Shown piece by piece: positions 34,612 to 46,720 of a stretch of DNA of 64,000 nucleotides. Source of the stretch: Chiloscyllium plagiosum (taxonomy: Eukaryota); contig NC_057718.1 in NCBI RefSeq assembly GCF_004010195.1, forward strand, positions 31,457,479 through 31,521,478, written 5' to 3'. Positions within the stretch are counted from its first letter, which is position 1. Each line of letters begins with the position of its first letter. The position numbers were made by a program, and so were the translations under genes. Under the pieces are notes generated by a model that had not been told where the DNA came from, did no database searches, and saw nothing but the letters and a program-made list of their open reading frames with translations.

Positions 34612-36949
34612 CACAGTTAGCAACACATTGCAGAGCAATGTGATGATATAAAATGGTCTACAACGCTGATTTGATATTTTCAAATTCTACGTTTCTGCCA
34701 ACTTGGCGGAACTATACATGACATTAAGTAGAATGAAGGACCCATTAGAGCTGTTTTAAAACATTGTGAGCTATTACAGATTTGTGCTGGCTGCTGGCAA
34801 AATTATGTGCAATGCTGGAACTTTCTGTACTCATTATTGTTTGAATACTCAATACGGAGTGGTCTGGCTGATCTTGAAGATTTTTCTTTGCATTAAAATA
34901 TCGTACTGATAGAAGTTTTCTGCCAGACAAGGAGTTAATGGGCAGCTTGTGGGTTTTTCCTGGGGAATCAAACATTTCTGGATGAATGAAGGCATAACGT
35001 ATACATTAGGATCTTCAGGGAACAATTCCCTTACCTCATGTCAGTGAGTGTCAAATACATGGGGTGCCTTCACTTTATAACAAAGTGTGTGAATGGACTT
35101 TGCTACTATCAACTATTACTCTCATAATTGCCAATGGCTAACCAGGCAAATGTTGCAAGTGAAGAAATAGATAGAGACAATTGATAGCCCATTCTGCTCA
35201 AGTTCTACTTTTGCAGATTGTTCATGCTTAGAAATATATAAACCTAGGAGTAGATGTAGTCCATTCAGCCCATTGATTTTACGACATCATTCAGTACGAT
35301 CATGGCTGATCAAGCATTTTAATTACTTTTACTCACCCTATCCCCTTTTCCCTGTATGACACTGGTAATCAGAAATCTATTAATCTCTATTTTAAACATA
35401 CTCACAGACTGAGGTTCCACAGCCCTCTGTGGTAGAGAATACCAAAGTTTAATAACCCTCCGAGTAACATAAATTTCTCCTCGTTTCAGACCTAAGTGGC
35501 ATCCCCCTTATTTTCAAATTAAGTCTCGAGATTCTAGAATCTTCAACCACGGGAAACATATTACCTGCTTCCACCCTTCTATCCTTTCAATTAATTTATC
35601 AGTTTCAATGAGCTCACCTGTTAATCTTCAAAACTCGAGAAAATAAAAGTCCTGTTTACCTGAATTCTCTCCATAGGTCCATCCTGCTATCACAGGGACA
35701 ATGTTGGGAACATATATTGCACTCCCTCTCTGACCATAGCATCATTTCTACGATAAGGAGATCACAACTGTACTCACTACTCCAGGTGTGAGCTAACCAA
35801 GCTCCTGTACAATTGAAAGAAGACTTTACTGCTCCTGTACTCAAATCCTCTTGCATTAAAAGCTAACATTCTATTAGCCTTCCTAGTGATTTACTGCACC
35901 TGCATGTTATGCTTCAGTGACTTATTGACAAGAACACCAAGGTCCTTTTGTACATGTAGATTTTCTAACTTCTTACCCTACTAAAGCGGATAACCTCGCA
36001 TTTTTCCACATTGTGATCCATCTGCCATCTTCTAGCCCATTTTGTCTGTCTAAATCTTCCTGAAACCATTTTACATCTTCTTCACAATGCGCTCACTGCA
36101 ATTTTTCCATCCACTAATTTGGAAATATTACATTTGGTCCCACCCCAAATTTTGAGTTATATTGATGAGCTGCAGCCAATTTATTGAACCTTGAGATACC
36201 CCACTAGTCACAGCCTACCAATGCAGGAATGAACCATTTATTCCTATTCTCTGTTTTCTGTCTGTTAGTCAATCCTGAATCCATGCCTGTATATTATCTC
36301 CTATCCCATTGTGTTTTAATTTTTCTATCCAGTCTCCGCTGGACAATTTCAAAGCCTTTTGAAAATATAAAGGCTGTATTCTACATCCATCAGCTCTCCC
36401 TTATCAATTTTGTTCATAACATCTTCAAAAAACTCCAGCAAGCATATCAAACATGATTTCCTATTCACAAATCCATGCTGACCATACCTAATCAGATCAT
36501 TATTGATTAGATGTCTATTTTTCTGATCCTTCATAATTGATTCTAACATTTCACTCTTATTGATGCAAGGCTAACAGATTTGTTACACCTCATTTTCTCT
36601 CTTGCTCCCTTGTTAAATAGTGGGGCAACTATTGCTACCTTTCAATCCATAGGAATCATTCTATAGAATTTGAGAACATAATCACCAACAGATCAACTTT
36701 CACTATTACCACCTCCGTCAACACTTTAGGATATAGAATATCAGGTCGTGGGGGCTTATCAACTTCCAGGGCAATCTTTTTATTCGTACAACTTACCATT
36801 CTCCCTCGCCACTTAGGTATCTATTTATTTGAGATTTCTGGTGTATTTCTTAACAAAAACAAACAGAAAGTAATCATTTAGCTTCGTTACCTTTCCCAAC
36901 TCCCCATTATCTCCCAATTCTCCCTGTAATGGACCCACATTTATTTCAT

Positions 36950-37165
36950 AAAAACCGAAAGAACTGCAGATGTTGTAAATCAGAACCAAAATAAGTTGTT
37001 TTTGGAAAAGCTCAGCAGGTCTGGCAACATCTGTGAAGAGAAATCAAAGTTAATGTTTTGGGTCCATTCTGAGGAGGGTCACTGGACCCAAAATGTTAAC
37101 TTTAATTTTTCTTCACAGATGCTGCCAGACCTGCTGAGCTTTTGTAGCAACCTCTGTTTTTATTC
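36950..37165. repeat. Penelope-like fold-back fragment with decayed hammerhead
   Basis: Inverted arms (aaagctcagcaggtctggcaacatctgtgaaga / tcttcacagatgctgccagacctgctgagcttt). Core CTGAGGA-GGGTC/actg/GACCC-AAAA-TGTT at 37069-37097. Confidence 0.75.
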
Positions 37166-37946
37166 CACATTTGCTTCAGCCAAATATTTTAATGACATAC
37201 CTGCGGAAGCTTTCACACTCTGTTTTTATGTTTTTGCTATATTACATATATATTATATTCTCCCTTCCCTTGTCAGTTTCTTGTTCCTCCACTATTGTAT
37301 TTATAGAATACCGAATCCTCAGACTTACTGCTATTTCAGGCAACTTTATATGCTTAACCTTTTACAATTTTAACTTCCTTTATTGACCACTGTTGACTGA
37401 TCTTATTTGAATTTTAGCACTTTAAAGAAATCTGTGGTTGCTGTACATCATGTGATAGTTCTTAAAAGACTATCCAATGCCTATGTAGAATCACGTCTTT
37501 TAATATATTCTCCTAACCCACCTCAGCCAATTTGAGCCTCAGGCCTTCATAATTTCCCTCATTCAAATTTAACAAACTTGCTTCAGAATGAGCAGCCTCA
37601 CTTTCAAATATAATGTATAATTCTGCTATTTGTTAGTCACTTATCTCCAAAGGTTCTTTTATAACAAGATCATTAATTAACCCTTTTCATTAAAGAAAGC
37701 ATATCGTTTAGTTGGCTGCTCGGCCAATTCTCCAGAAAACACACACCAGAAATTCATCCTCCACAACTTTGTAGCTCAATTTGTTTGTCCAATTTTTTAT
37801 GTAGATTGAAGTCACCCATGATAATTATGATGCATGTGCTCCAAGATTCTCTCATCTCTCAATCAATACCATGGCCTACATTACCTCTACTATTTGGGTG
37901 ACCTATAAATAACGGCGAACAATGTCTGCTGCACCTTATTGTTTCT

Positions 37947-40900
37947 CTTTTTTAAAATATATTTTTATTGAAAAATAGTTTTCTTAAAATATTACAGTAA
38001 GTACAAAACAATACAAATTAATACAATTCAAAACAATACAAAAGAAAAGAACACCAGGAAAAATGTAAAAAACCCAAACCACCCACATGTACAAATGTAT
38101 AAATATGCATTTAAAAAACTCAACTACTTAACTAAATAAATAATAACGAAAAACAAACTAATAAATAATAATAATACAGTTCAGCTGAACAAAACAGAAC
38201 TCTTGAATATCGAGAGCATTAATTTTCACGTTTGCAGCTCCCCCTCTCTGGATCTTGAACTAATAAAGCACAATCGTTACAGTTATATAAAAGCCCTTAT
38301 TAGTATGGCAGACAAATCTGTGTCTAGGTATTCCAAAAAGGGCTGCCATGTCTTACAGAAATTCTCAGTTTTGTGGTGTAACATACTTGTGAGAAAATCC
38401 AAGGGGATATGCTCCATAACAATCTTCCACCAACCCGACAGACCCGGGAGATATTCGGATACCCAACCTAACAAGGTCTTCTTTCTTGCGCAGCAAGTGA
38501 AGATGTTGAGAAGTTTTTTTCTTATGCACATCTACAGGAACACACTAGGCAGGCCAAGAAGAAGATAAATCATGTCCTTCTCCACCCTTACACCCAAAAT
38601 CCCCTCCTTTGCACCTGCCACAGCACTCCAGTATGTTTGAAGCCTAACACAGGACCAGAGACAATGGGTAAGAGTGCCTGTGCTAGCTTTACACTTGGGA
38701 CATGTTGAAGATACCCCTGCTTTAAATTTTGACAAACGATCTGGAGTCAAGTGGACCCTGTGGAGAATCTTGTCCTGTAAAGCACAGGTCGTATTGCAAA
38801 TTGATATCTTTAAAGCATTTTCCTAAATATCTTCCCATGTCTCTGAGGCGACCTCAATGCCTAGCTGTCTCTTCCTCACCCTGCAGAGTCAATCGAACTC
38901 ATCTGAGGGGCAGCCCCCCAATTGATGATATAAAGTGCTGACAGAAAGTGTACTCTTAGCACTGAGCACCCTCCTGTCGGATTTGTAGAGATCAGTCAAA
39001 AGTATAGTCTTTTTTTGAATAAAATCCCTAACTCGAAAAAAACAAAAGAGGTCCCTGCTAGATAGCTTGTATTTCCATGCTAACTGATCAAAAGACATCA
39101 TTGTGTCTCCCATAAATAAATCATCCATGTAAGACACGTCCCTAGCTGCCCAATATTTGGATCCTGAATCCATCATCCCCGGTTGAAAACCCGGCATACC
39201 CACTATAGGTGTAAGAAAAGATGTTTTGCCAATATTGCCTTTCCTCTGCTGAATTGCTCTCCATGCTTGAACAGTATTGGTAACTATTGAGTTATGGCAA
39301 TATTCTTTAATTATCTTCATTTTGTCCAAAAACAGCAAACTAGTAAGGGGGCACCTTGCCTGAGATGTTTCGATTGAAAGAAGATCCCCACAAGTCCAAT
39401 CACTCACATAAGATAAAAGCGAGCTTGATAGTTTTTAATGTCCAGGAGACCTACGCCCTGCCAGTTTGTGAGGCAATTGCAGTTTAACTAATTTAAAAAG
39501 GTGCCTTTTACGATGCCAAATAATAGAGCTGAACCAGCCTTTCAGTCTCCTGAACGTTTACTTATTGAAAATCAGGGGACCATCCATTTAGGGTACAACA
39601 AACAGGGGAGAATATTCACCTTAATAAGTGCGATCCGACCTAGTCATGAGACTGGAAGCGCCTCCCATCTTTGAAGGTCTTGTTTGGTTTTGTCGAATAA
39701 TTAGCTTTAAAATTAGCTTTAAACAACCGATCAAGAACCAGAGTGATGAATATGCCCAAGAACATAAAACCCCTGTGATCACTTAAATGGGAATTCAGAT
39801 TCACCCGCAAGACCCAGCACCTTTGTAAGACCACCCATAGACATGGCCTCCGATTTTGCCTCAGACAAGGCACTGAAACTGCTGGATTTGACAAAAAAAT
39901 GAAGACATCATCCGCGTACAACAAAAATCTTACACAATTTTGACCCCACTTCTGGAGTCGATATATTAGGATCCCTACAAATGGCCTCCACCAATGGTTC
40001 AATCACCAATGTAAAAAGCTATGGTGAAAGGGGGCAGCCCTGCTGGCTGCCCCTAAAAATATTAAAATTGCTTGATCGTACCCCATTGGTGATGACCGCA
40101 GCGAAAGAGTCACTGTAGAGAACATTTACCCATCATATAAAGACTTATTCTTTCAAGAGTATAAAAAAAGGTATGGCCACTCAAATGCCTTCTCTGCATC
40201 TAGAGAAATCACCAAGTCCTGTATTAACTGTTTTTGACATGCTTGAATTACATTAAGCAGCATCCTAACATTATTGGAGGATCTGCGGCCCTTTATGAAG
40301 CCCGGCTGGTCTTCTTTAACAATAGAAGGTAACACAGTTTCCAGCCTGAGAGGATTTTAAAGTCAACATTTAAGAGTGAAACTGCTTATAAGAAGCACAG
40401 TCCTCTTTTCTGAATCACCGCCGCTGAGAAGTCCTGGAAGAACATGATCTTAGAGATCTCGTTAACGAGGGTCTTCAGATTCTTCCCCTGGATTCTGGAA
40501 GCTTCCATGATTCTCTCCTTATCTATATAGTGATGAAACCGCACCAAGATAGGATGAGGATGTTGGTCCAGACCTGACCTCCGCACCATGCACCAGGGAG
40601 CCCTCTCAGTCTTCAAGCTTCCCATTCCAGCCTCCAAGTTAAGGAATTTTGGCAGTCAGTCCTCAATAAATTCCACCGCCACTCACCTTCCTTACCCTCC
40701 GGCAGACCGATGATTGGAATATTTTTTCTCCTGCCTCTGTTCTCAAGGTCAAGGTCATCAATCTGGTCAAGCAAATCACAGAGCTACATCTCCAGTGGCT
40801 GGATCCTAACCTTGGAGGAACCAGTATCAGCTTTCACCACTGCAATTCTGTGTTCTACCTCATCCGTCCCTTTCTCCAGGTCTCCCAGCTGCTGTTCAGC

Positions 40901-41078
40901 ATGGTAGAGATCGAGGCTGCTCTCTGACAGTTTCCTGGGACTCCGTGACCTTTCTGAAGCCCCAGGATATTGCAGTTGCCCAGGTAGGCGGGCTAGGACT
41001 TCATCCCATTTGCGATGCGATGTGGCACTCTGCAACGTGATCTTCCTAGGTCACCGCCATCTTGGATCCCCCGATAAC
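37947..41078 (-). mobile_element. L1/Tx1-type LINE, both ends present, internally deleted
   Basis: 5' GGGGATCCAAGATGGCG. ORF1 remnants (ILVRFHHYIDKERIME…IMFFQDFSAAVIQKR), RT (DQPGFIKGR…ISLDAEKAF, GCPLSP, LLYADDV), C-terminal CPKC…HCLWSC, and an AATAAA/A-rich 3' end. TGTTTCT target duplication at 37940-37946 and 41079-41085. Confidence 0.88.
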
Positions 41079-41689
41079 TGTTTCTTAGTTCCACATAAAC
41101 AAATACCACACATTGTTTATCTCATCTGAGATCGTTCCTTATTAATGTACTGATTCTAACTTTGTTTTAATCAACATAATTCTGTTTCCTTTTCCTTCCT
41201 AAAAATAAAATATCCTTGAACATTCGGTTTCCAATCCTGATCACCGTGTAACCATGTTTCTGTGACAGCAATTAGATCAGACCTATATATCTCTATTTGT
41301 GTCTTTAGATCATCTACATTGTTGCAAATGCTGTGTGCATTCAGATAGAGGGTCCTTAATTTTGTCTTTTTGATTTCATTCCAATTTCAAAGCAAAGTCA
41401 ATGCTTGGGTTTGTTTTTCTTGTCTTCAAGTCTCCCTAGCATCTTTTCCTTCCTGTTACCAATTTTACTTCCTTCCAATTTGGATTATCCATCAGGTTCC
41501 CATGCCAAACTTGTTTAAAACCTACACCAAGACAGAAAGTCAATCTTCCTGTGAAGATATCAGTCCCAGTTCCATTAAGGTATAACCCATCCAGTTTGTA
41601 TATGTACCACCTGTCCCAGAGCTGGTCCCAGTTCCTCAGAAAAATTGGCATTTTCTGGTTATTTTACCATCTATATGGACATGTCATGA

Positions 41690-42790
41690 CACACCCCCCC
41701 AGTGCAGATGGAGCTTGCACCTAGGCCTGCTGGGTCAGTAGCAGGGCCCCTCGCACTGCACTACACGAGCCTGCCCACAGTTCTAATAGGTAGGAAATGA
41801 AGTTGAGTATGTGATGATGCAGATGATCAAAGGTGTATGCTGCTGCAATGAGATAATTCTGTGATTGGTCAACAAGAAAAACTAACCTATACCTTTTTAA
41901 TTTATTCCATGACTTGTACTTTCATCAGTCCCATTTTTGGCTTTCATCTTGCACCAGTGGATTCTGTTCATAAGTTATTTTTATTTTTGTGGGGATATCA
42001 CTCCACACATGCCAGTGAGGGTTCTGTTCTTCAGGATAAATGTCCTACTGGGTGGTATTCACCAAATGAGTGCCTTTTGGCTGGCCGCTAGCCAAACATT
42101 ATCCTCAGGACAGCAACCATCTCACACAAAAGTTTAACCTTTGCAAGCGTGATGACCATAGTGGGAAGAGAAGGACATCTTAGTTTCTTTGACTGCCTTG
42201 AGGGAGCCCAGGGCTGCAGGAAACCAGTTGAGGACAGCACAGGGCAGCGTTCCTTGGCCTCACTATTCCTTCAGTTGCAAAACTTCTCAACCGCAGACAT
42301 TCGGCTCACAGTCAATTGTTCTCCAGCTTGAGTTGTTCCAATTCATAATGTGAATTTGGCAGGTCCAGGTGCATTTCATTATCTGTCACCCCTCTCACCC
42401 AGTGTCATCATTCAGCTCTGACATGTATGGGCTGAGAAAGTTGGCATGGAATGGAGGATGTTTGACACGTCCTTGCCATGATACACTCATGAGTATTTAG
42501 CCAAGGTGCAGGTCAGCATGTGTTAAGGAGGGGAGGAGTTCTTGGAGGAGGTTGCCAGAGGACCTCTGGACATTATGGACTATTGCATTATTTCAAATGG
42601 GGCGGCTGAGATGAAAACCTCACCCAAAACCTCATGGCCACTGACATCTTGTCAAGTGCATGACTGAGATATGCTCACTATGCTCAATGATGCTTTCTGT
42701 AGAGGGCTACCAGGACTTGAGATGTTTGCAGTTTATTCCTGCATGGGAAAGTTCCTCAATATTTCTCCGCACATAATCTGGGTTGTCTCT
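41690..42790. mobile_element. Possible Harbinger-derived relic
   Basis: Composition and faint motif resemblance to other Harbinger relics in the window; no clear catalytic motif. Confidence 0.3.
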
Positions 42791-44109
42791 AGCTTAGGTT
42801 GAGGTGATTCTGATCTTTTGCCCTTTTTTGTTGGTGACCTATCCAGCTTCCTATTGCTGTTGGCTATTGTTTTCTTTGTTGCTGGAGAGGCCACACATTT
42901 GTAGTCCCATTCAGCAGTGGACTCCAGCTGGGAGGTTACACTCCACTTTGTAATAACAAATTCCTTCCTTGACTCTCAAAAAATATATCAATAAATGAGC
43001 TTTCAGGATGTTGGTGATGTTTTGCTTAGTAAATTATTAATTTCACACATTACTAGGACTTCAAATGACTTTTTCTATGGACTAATATTGGAATAATCAT
43101 TACCAGTGAACAACCTGTGCAGTTGAGGACTTGGAACAGTGCAAAATTAGTTGACTCCATTGTTTCTCACTTACAAGATGGATGGATATAAAAAAGTCTA
43201 TCATATGGGCCAACATGTCTATTCAATAGCTTTGCATTACAAGCAATGTAAATTCCTAATTGCAGTGAGGTATCCTACACCTGGATTTGTGAAGGAAATA
43301 AAAGTATAATTTACCTTCAAGGTTTTTGGCCATGAATGTTCCTTGCCCTTTCTGTTGGTCACACCTTCCCGAAGCAAATCTCCAGTCAAGATGACAGATA
43401 ATCACTGTATGCTCTTGAGGTTTTCATCCAGCCAGAACACCAAATAGAATTTCCAGTTCTCCTTGTTTGCCTCTGGTGGAGCTGTGTGCCAGAAATAATG
43501 AGGACACTAACATCCAGATGGGACAACGTAATGTGTAATTGGCAAGTCTGCTCACTAATTGCTGACAAGAAAGTCAGAACATGTATTGCGATCTCTTTTG
43601 CTCAAATCCAGTGCCTTTGTGTTTTCTCACCTTACCATCCTCTTTGAATCCATTGGGTCTTCCCTGACCCTGCCTGGTTTCATGGATTCACTCCCCTCCT
43701 CGCCAGCTTGGACGGGCCTTTCCCTAGCAGTTAATGGAACTTGCCAATACACTGTTAGTTCTTCCCAGTTCTCTACTGGGTATCACCGGATCAAGAGATG
43801 GTAATGGGCTTAATGCTCATCCTATTGGCCATGCTTTTGATTCTGGTCATCCCATTGGCAATATAGGTGAAGATTGATGAAGGTATTGGGTCTGCTCGAC
43901 AGAATACCTAATTGAATTCAAATCAACAAGACGGTTGTGATCCTGACATATTAAGCCTCACCATGACTACAGATTTACCTTCGATTTTGGCATGCCCAAA
44001 GTACAAATTGCAAGGGCACAAGTTGGCAACAATGATTACTCCACACATTGTGAAGAAGAGGCTATGTTGGGTGCTGTGCCTGTTGAGTGGTCTACTCAAG
44101 TTTCTACAT

Positions 44110-44490
44110 GTGTTCAGGGACAACTCTCACCTCTAAGTCAAAAAGTCTTGGTCTCAGACCTGACCATAGAGATTTGAGCTCATCATCTCCACTGACCTTC
44201 AAGAGCATTAAATTGAGATTCTGTTTGTTATCAATTGAAAGTACAAGACATTACAAAAAATTTGCCTGGTGTCCTGTCCAATATCAAATTCTCAATCATC
44301 ATTAAAACTGATAATTTGGTCGTTTATGTCATTGCTATTTCCTATGTCTTGCTGAGCAGAAATTGGCAGCCATGTTTCCTTTCATGACAATAGCATCTGC
44401 TCTTCAAAAATACTTAGTTACACGTGAAACACTTTGGGACTTGTTGTGATCAAAGAAGGTGATATATAAATGCAAGCTGCTTCTTTACCT
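44110..44490 (+). mobile_element. DeuSINE (SacSINE1-like) relic
   Basis: cctggtgtcctgtccaatat…tcattgct…cttgctgagcagaaattggcagcc…cttcaaaaatactt…atataaatgcaag (Deu-domain plus L2-like tail). Confidence 0.65.
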
Positions 44491-44499
44491 TAGGAGTCA

Positions 44500-44890
44500 A
44501 TTGGATTTGTCCAGTCATTTCTGCTGTCATCCTGTTTCCAAATCCCTCCATGGCTTTATCTCTTTAGTCTCCTTGAACCCCACAGCATTCCAAAATATCT
44601 GTGCTGCTCTAGTATTCTTGTCTCTTGCATGTTGCCTGTCTTAACTGCTCAAGCATTAGTGGCCATGACTTCAACCACCAAAGCACAGGCCTCTGGAATT
44701 TCTTCCCCAGAGTTTTCTGCTTCTCCACCACCCTTCTCTCCTTTAAGATGATTCTTAAAATCTATCTCTCTGAGCTTTTGGTCACCGGTAATAATTTCTC
44801 ATTTGATATTGAATTTTCATTCATAACAGCCCTGTGAAACACCTTAAATGTTATGTCACATTAAAGGTGCTGTGCAACCATAAATTGTTT
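44500..44890 (+). mobile_element. L2 LINE 3' fragment
   Basis: tccaaatccctccatggc…ggccatgacttcaacc…ctctggaatt…cctgtgaaacacctt…ttaaaggtgct. Confidence 0.6.
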
Positions 44891-45670
44891 TTGCTGCTAT
44901 CTCCAACTGGAAAGTTCAAAACAGTTCTGTCAAAATCAAAATGCATCTCTGGCAAATAGGCCATTGTGGGTAGAATATATCCTTCATGATTTATAATCAA
45001 ATCATAATATTAATGAAAACGAAATCATTGTCAGGTTGTGTCAGTTATCACCCTTGCTCCACTCTATGACTATGGATTCACCAATGTCAATGGGGCAGAA
45101 TAAACATTAAAATCTAATTTGTGGCTGACACATCCCAAAAAAGTCAGCAGAGTGTTGTTCACAAACAGCTAACAGGAATGTTTGTGTAATACCATGTCTT
45201 TCGATCTAGACTGGATGCTTGTTTTATTTTCAATCCCCATAGATGCAAATAAACCTCTTGTGACAGTTCATTGATCTTCTTTGTGAGTAATTCCTTTTTC
45301 ATGACTTAGTTAGAATCTTCATGAGGTCCTTCATTATAATCAGGGCCATTGTGAGGTCATATAAGATTCAGCTTCGCCATCCTGGTGAAACAAAGCCTGG
45401 AAAAGCAATTCACCTCAAAATGTCCCAGTATGTGTGGCTAGGTCCATAGACCAGTTATACTGGGTAAAGCCAAGTGTGGACAATCCTCCTCTCATGTGCA
45501 TACACCTACTTTGCATCTCTCCTGTCAGCCTCTGTTTCAAAAATCAGAAAAGGGAGGAAGACATAAAAGATACTCATTTTAATATTTTAGCGGTACCAGT
45601 CAGAAATTCTGTTCATAAAGACGCAGCCAAATAAGAATCACAAGCCCAACTCTCAAAAACCATAAAACCA

Positions 45671-45963
45671 ACGGTGGCACAGTGGTTAGCACTGCTGCCT
45701 CACAGTGCCAGACACCTGGGCTCAATTCCCACCTCAGGCAACTGTCTGTGTGGAGTTTTCACATTCTCCCCGTGTCTGCATGGGTTTCCTCCCACAGTCC
45801 AAAAATGTGCATGTTAGATGACTTGGCCATGCTAAATTGCCTGTAGTGTTAGGTGAAGGGGTAAATGTAGGGGAATGGGTCTGGGTAGGTTGCTCTTCAG
45901 AGGGTCGGTGTGGACTTGTTGGGCCGAAGGGCCTGTTTCCACTCTGTAGTTAATCTAATCTAA
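45671..45963 (+). mobile_element. HE1-type V-SINE
   Basis: CGGTGGCACAGTGGTTAGCACTGCTGCCTCACAG…V-domain…GGGCCGAAGGGCCTGTTTCC…(TAATC)n. Confidence 0.92.
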
Positions 45964-46349
45964 ACTTTGCAATCAAGAGGCATCTGTGAAAAAATCAGTA
46001 GGCCACCCTTTAAGAAATCAGTCTTTGAAAAACTAAAATGTGCCTGCCCTTAATCTTCCAGTTCGTGTGGATGATATCTATACTCTTGCAGAGGAAATCA
46101 GCGAATGGGGCCAACAGTTAGAATCGTGACATTAACATTTACTTTAATACTTAAGTGAATTTACTATATATTTCATGTGAGATTGGCTAACTGCAAACTG
46201 CACTAATCAGATTATTATCTCCTAAAAGGGAATGCACATGTCTGATTTGTTGGCAAATGTTCCCTCATTCCACACTACCACAACTGGTCCAGCCAGAAAA
46301 GATAGTATGTGTTTATGATGCTTCTGACTGCCTCTATGTCAACTTGACC

Positions 46350-46720
46350 CTGTTAATAGCCCCTTGTCACTGGGTCAGCAGATCAAGGATTCAACCCAGA
46401 CCAGGGTTTTGAGTTGAGAATTTAAGCTGACACTTAAGTGTGATGGCGGAGAATGCAACGTTGTTTGAGATTAAGGTGTTTCCCTGTGATTTAAAAACAA
46501 GGTCTCAGTTGCTTCTCCATGTGAATCAGTCAGATCCTCAACATTATTTCTTTAAAAAAAAGAAACAAGGAGTTCTCACAGTATTCGGGCCAATATTCCT
46601 CCCTCAGCCAATACCACCAAAAAGCAAATTAACTCATGATTCATTGTGTTTCTTTTGAGATGCTTTTTTGGCACTGAATAGTTGCTGTCTTTAGTCACTT
46701 TAATTCGTGGAACAAATAGT
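46350..46720 (+). mobile_element. DeuSINE (SacSINE1-like) relic
   Basis: ggattcaaccc…aagctgacact…ggagttctc…gccaatattcctccctca…tcattg. Confidence 0.55.

Larger units (their letters stand above)
35238..41645 (-). mobile_element. Old, long CR1 LINE (RT through endonuclease and upstream), interrupted by a Penelope-like insert and an L1-type insert
   Basis: GQHGFVNRKSCLICLLEFFEDV, CDLLIVEMMLWSER, endonuclease-like 'LIAVTETWL' at ~41245-41275, and FLRNWDQLWDRWYIYKLDGLYLNGTGTDI (SGNH-esterase-like ORF1 end). Confidence 0.8.

Noticed and set aside
43311..43570. - strand exon-like segment ending AAG|GTAAAT
   Set aside because: Stops in the frames tested from both candidate acceptors; no recognisable product.
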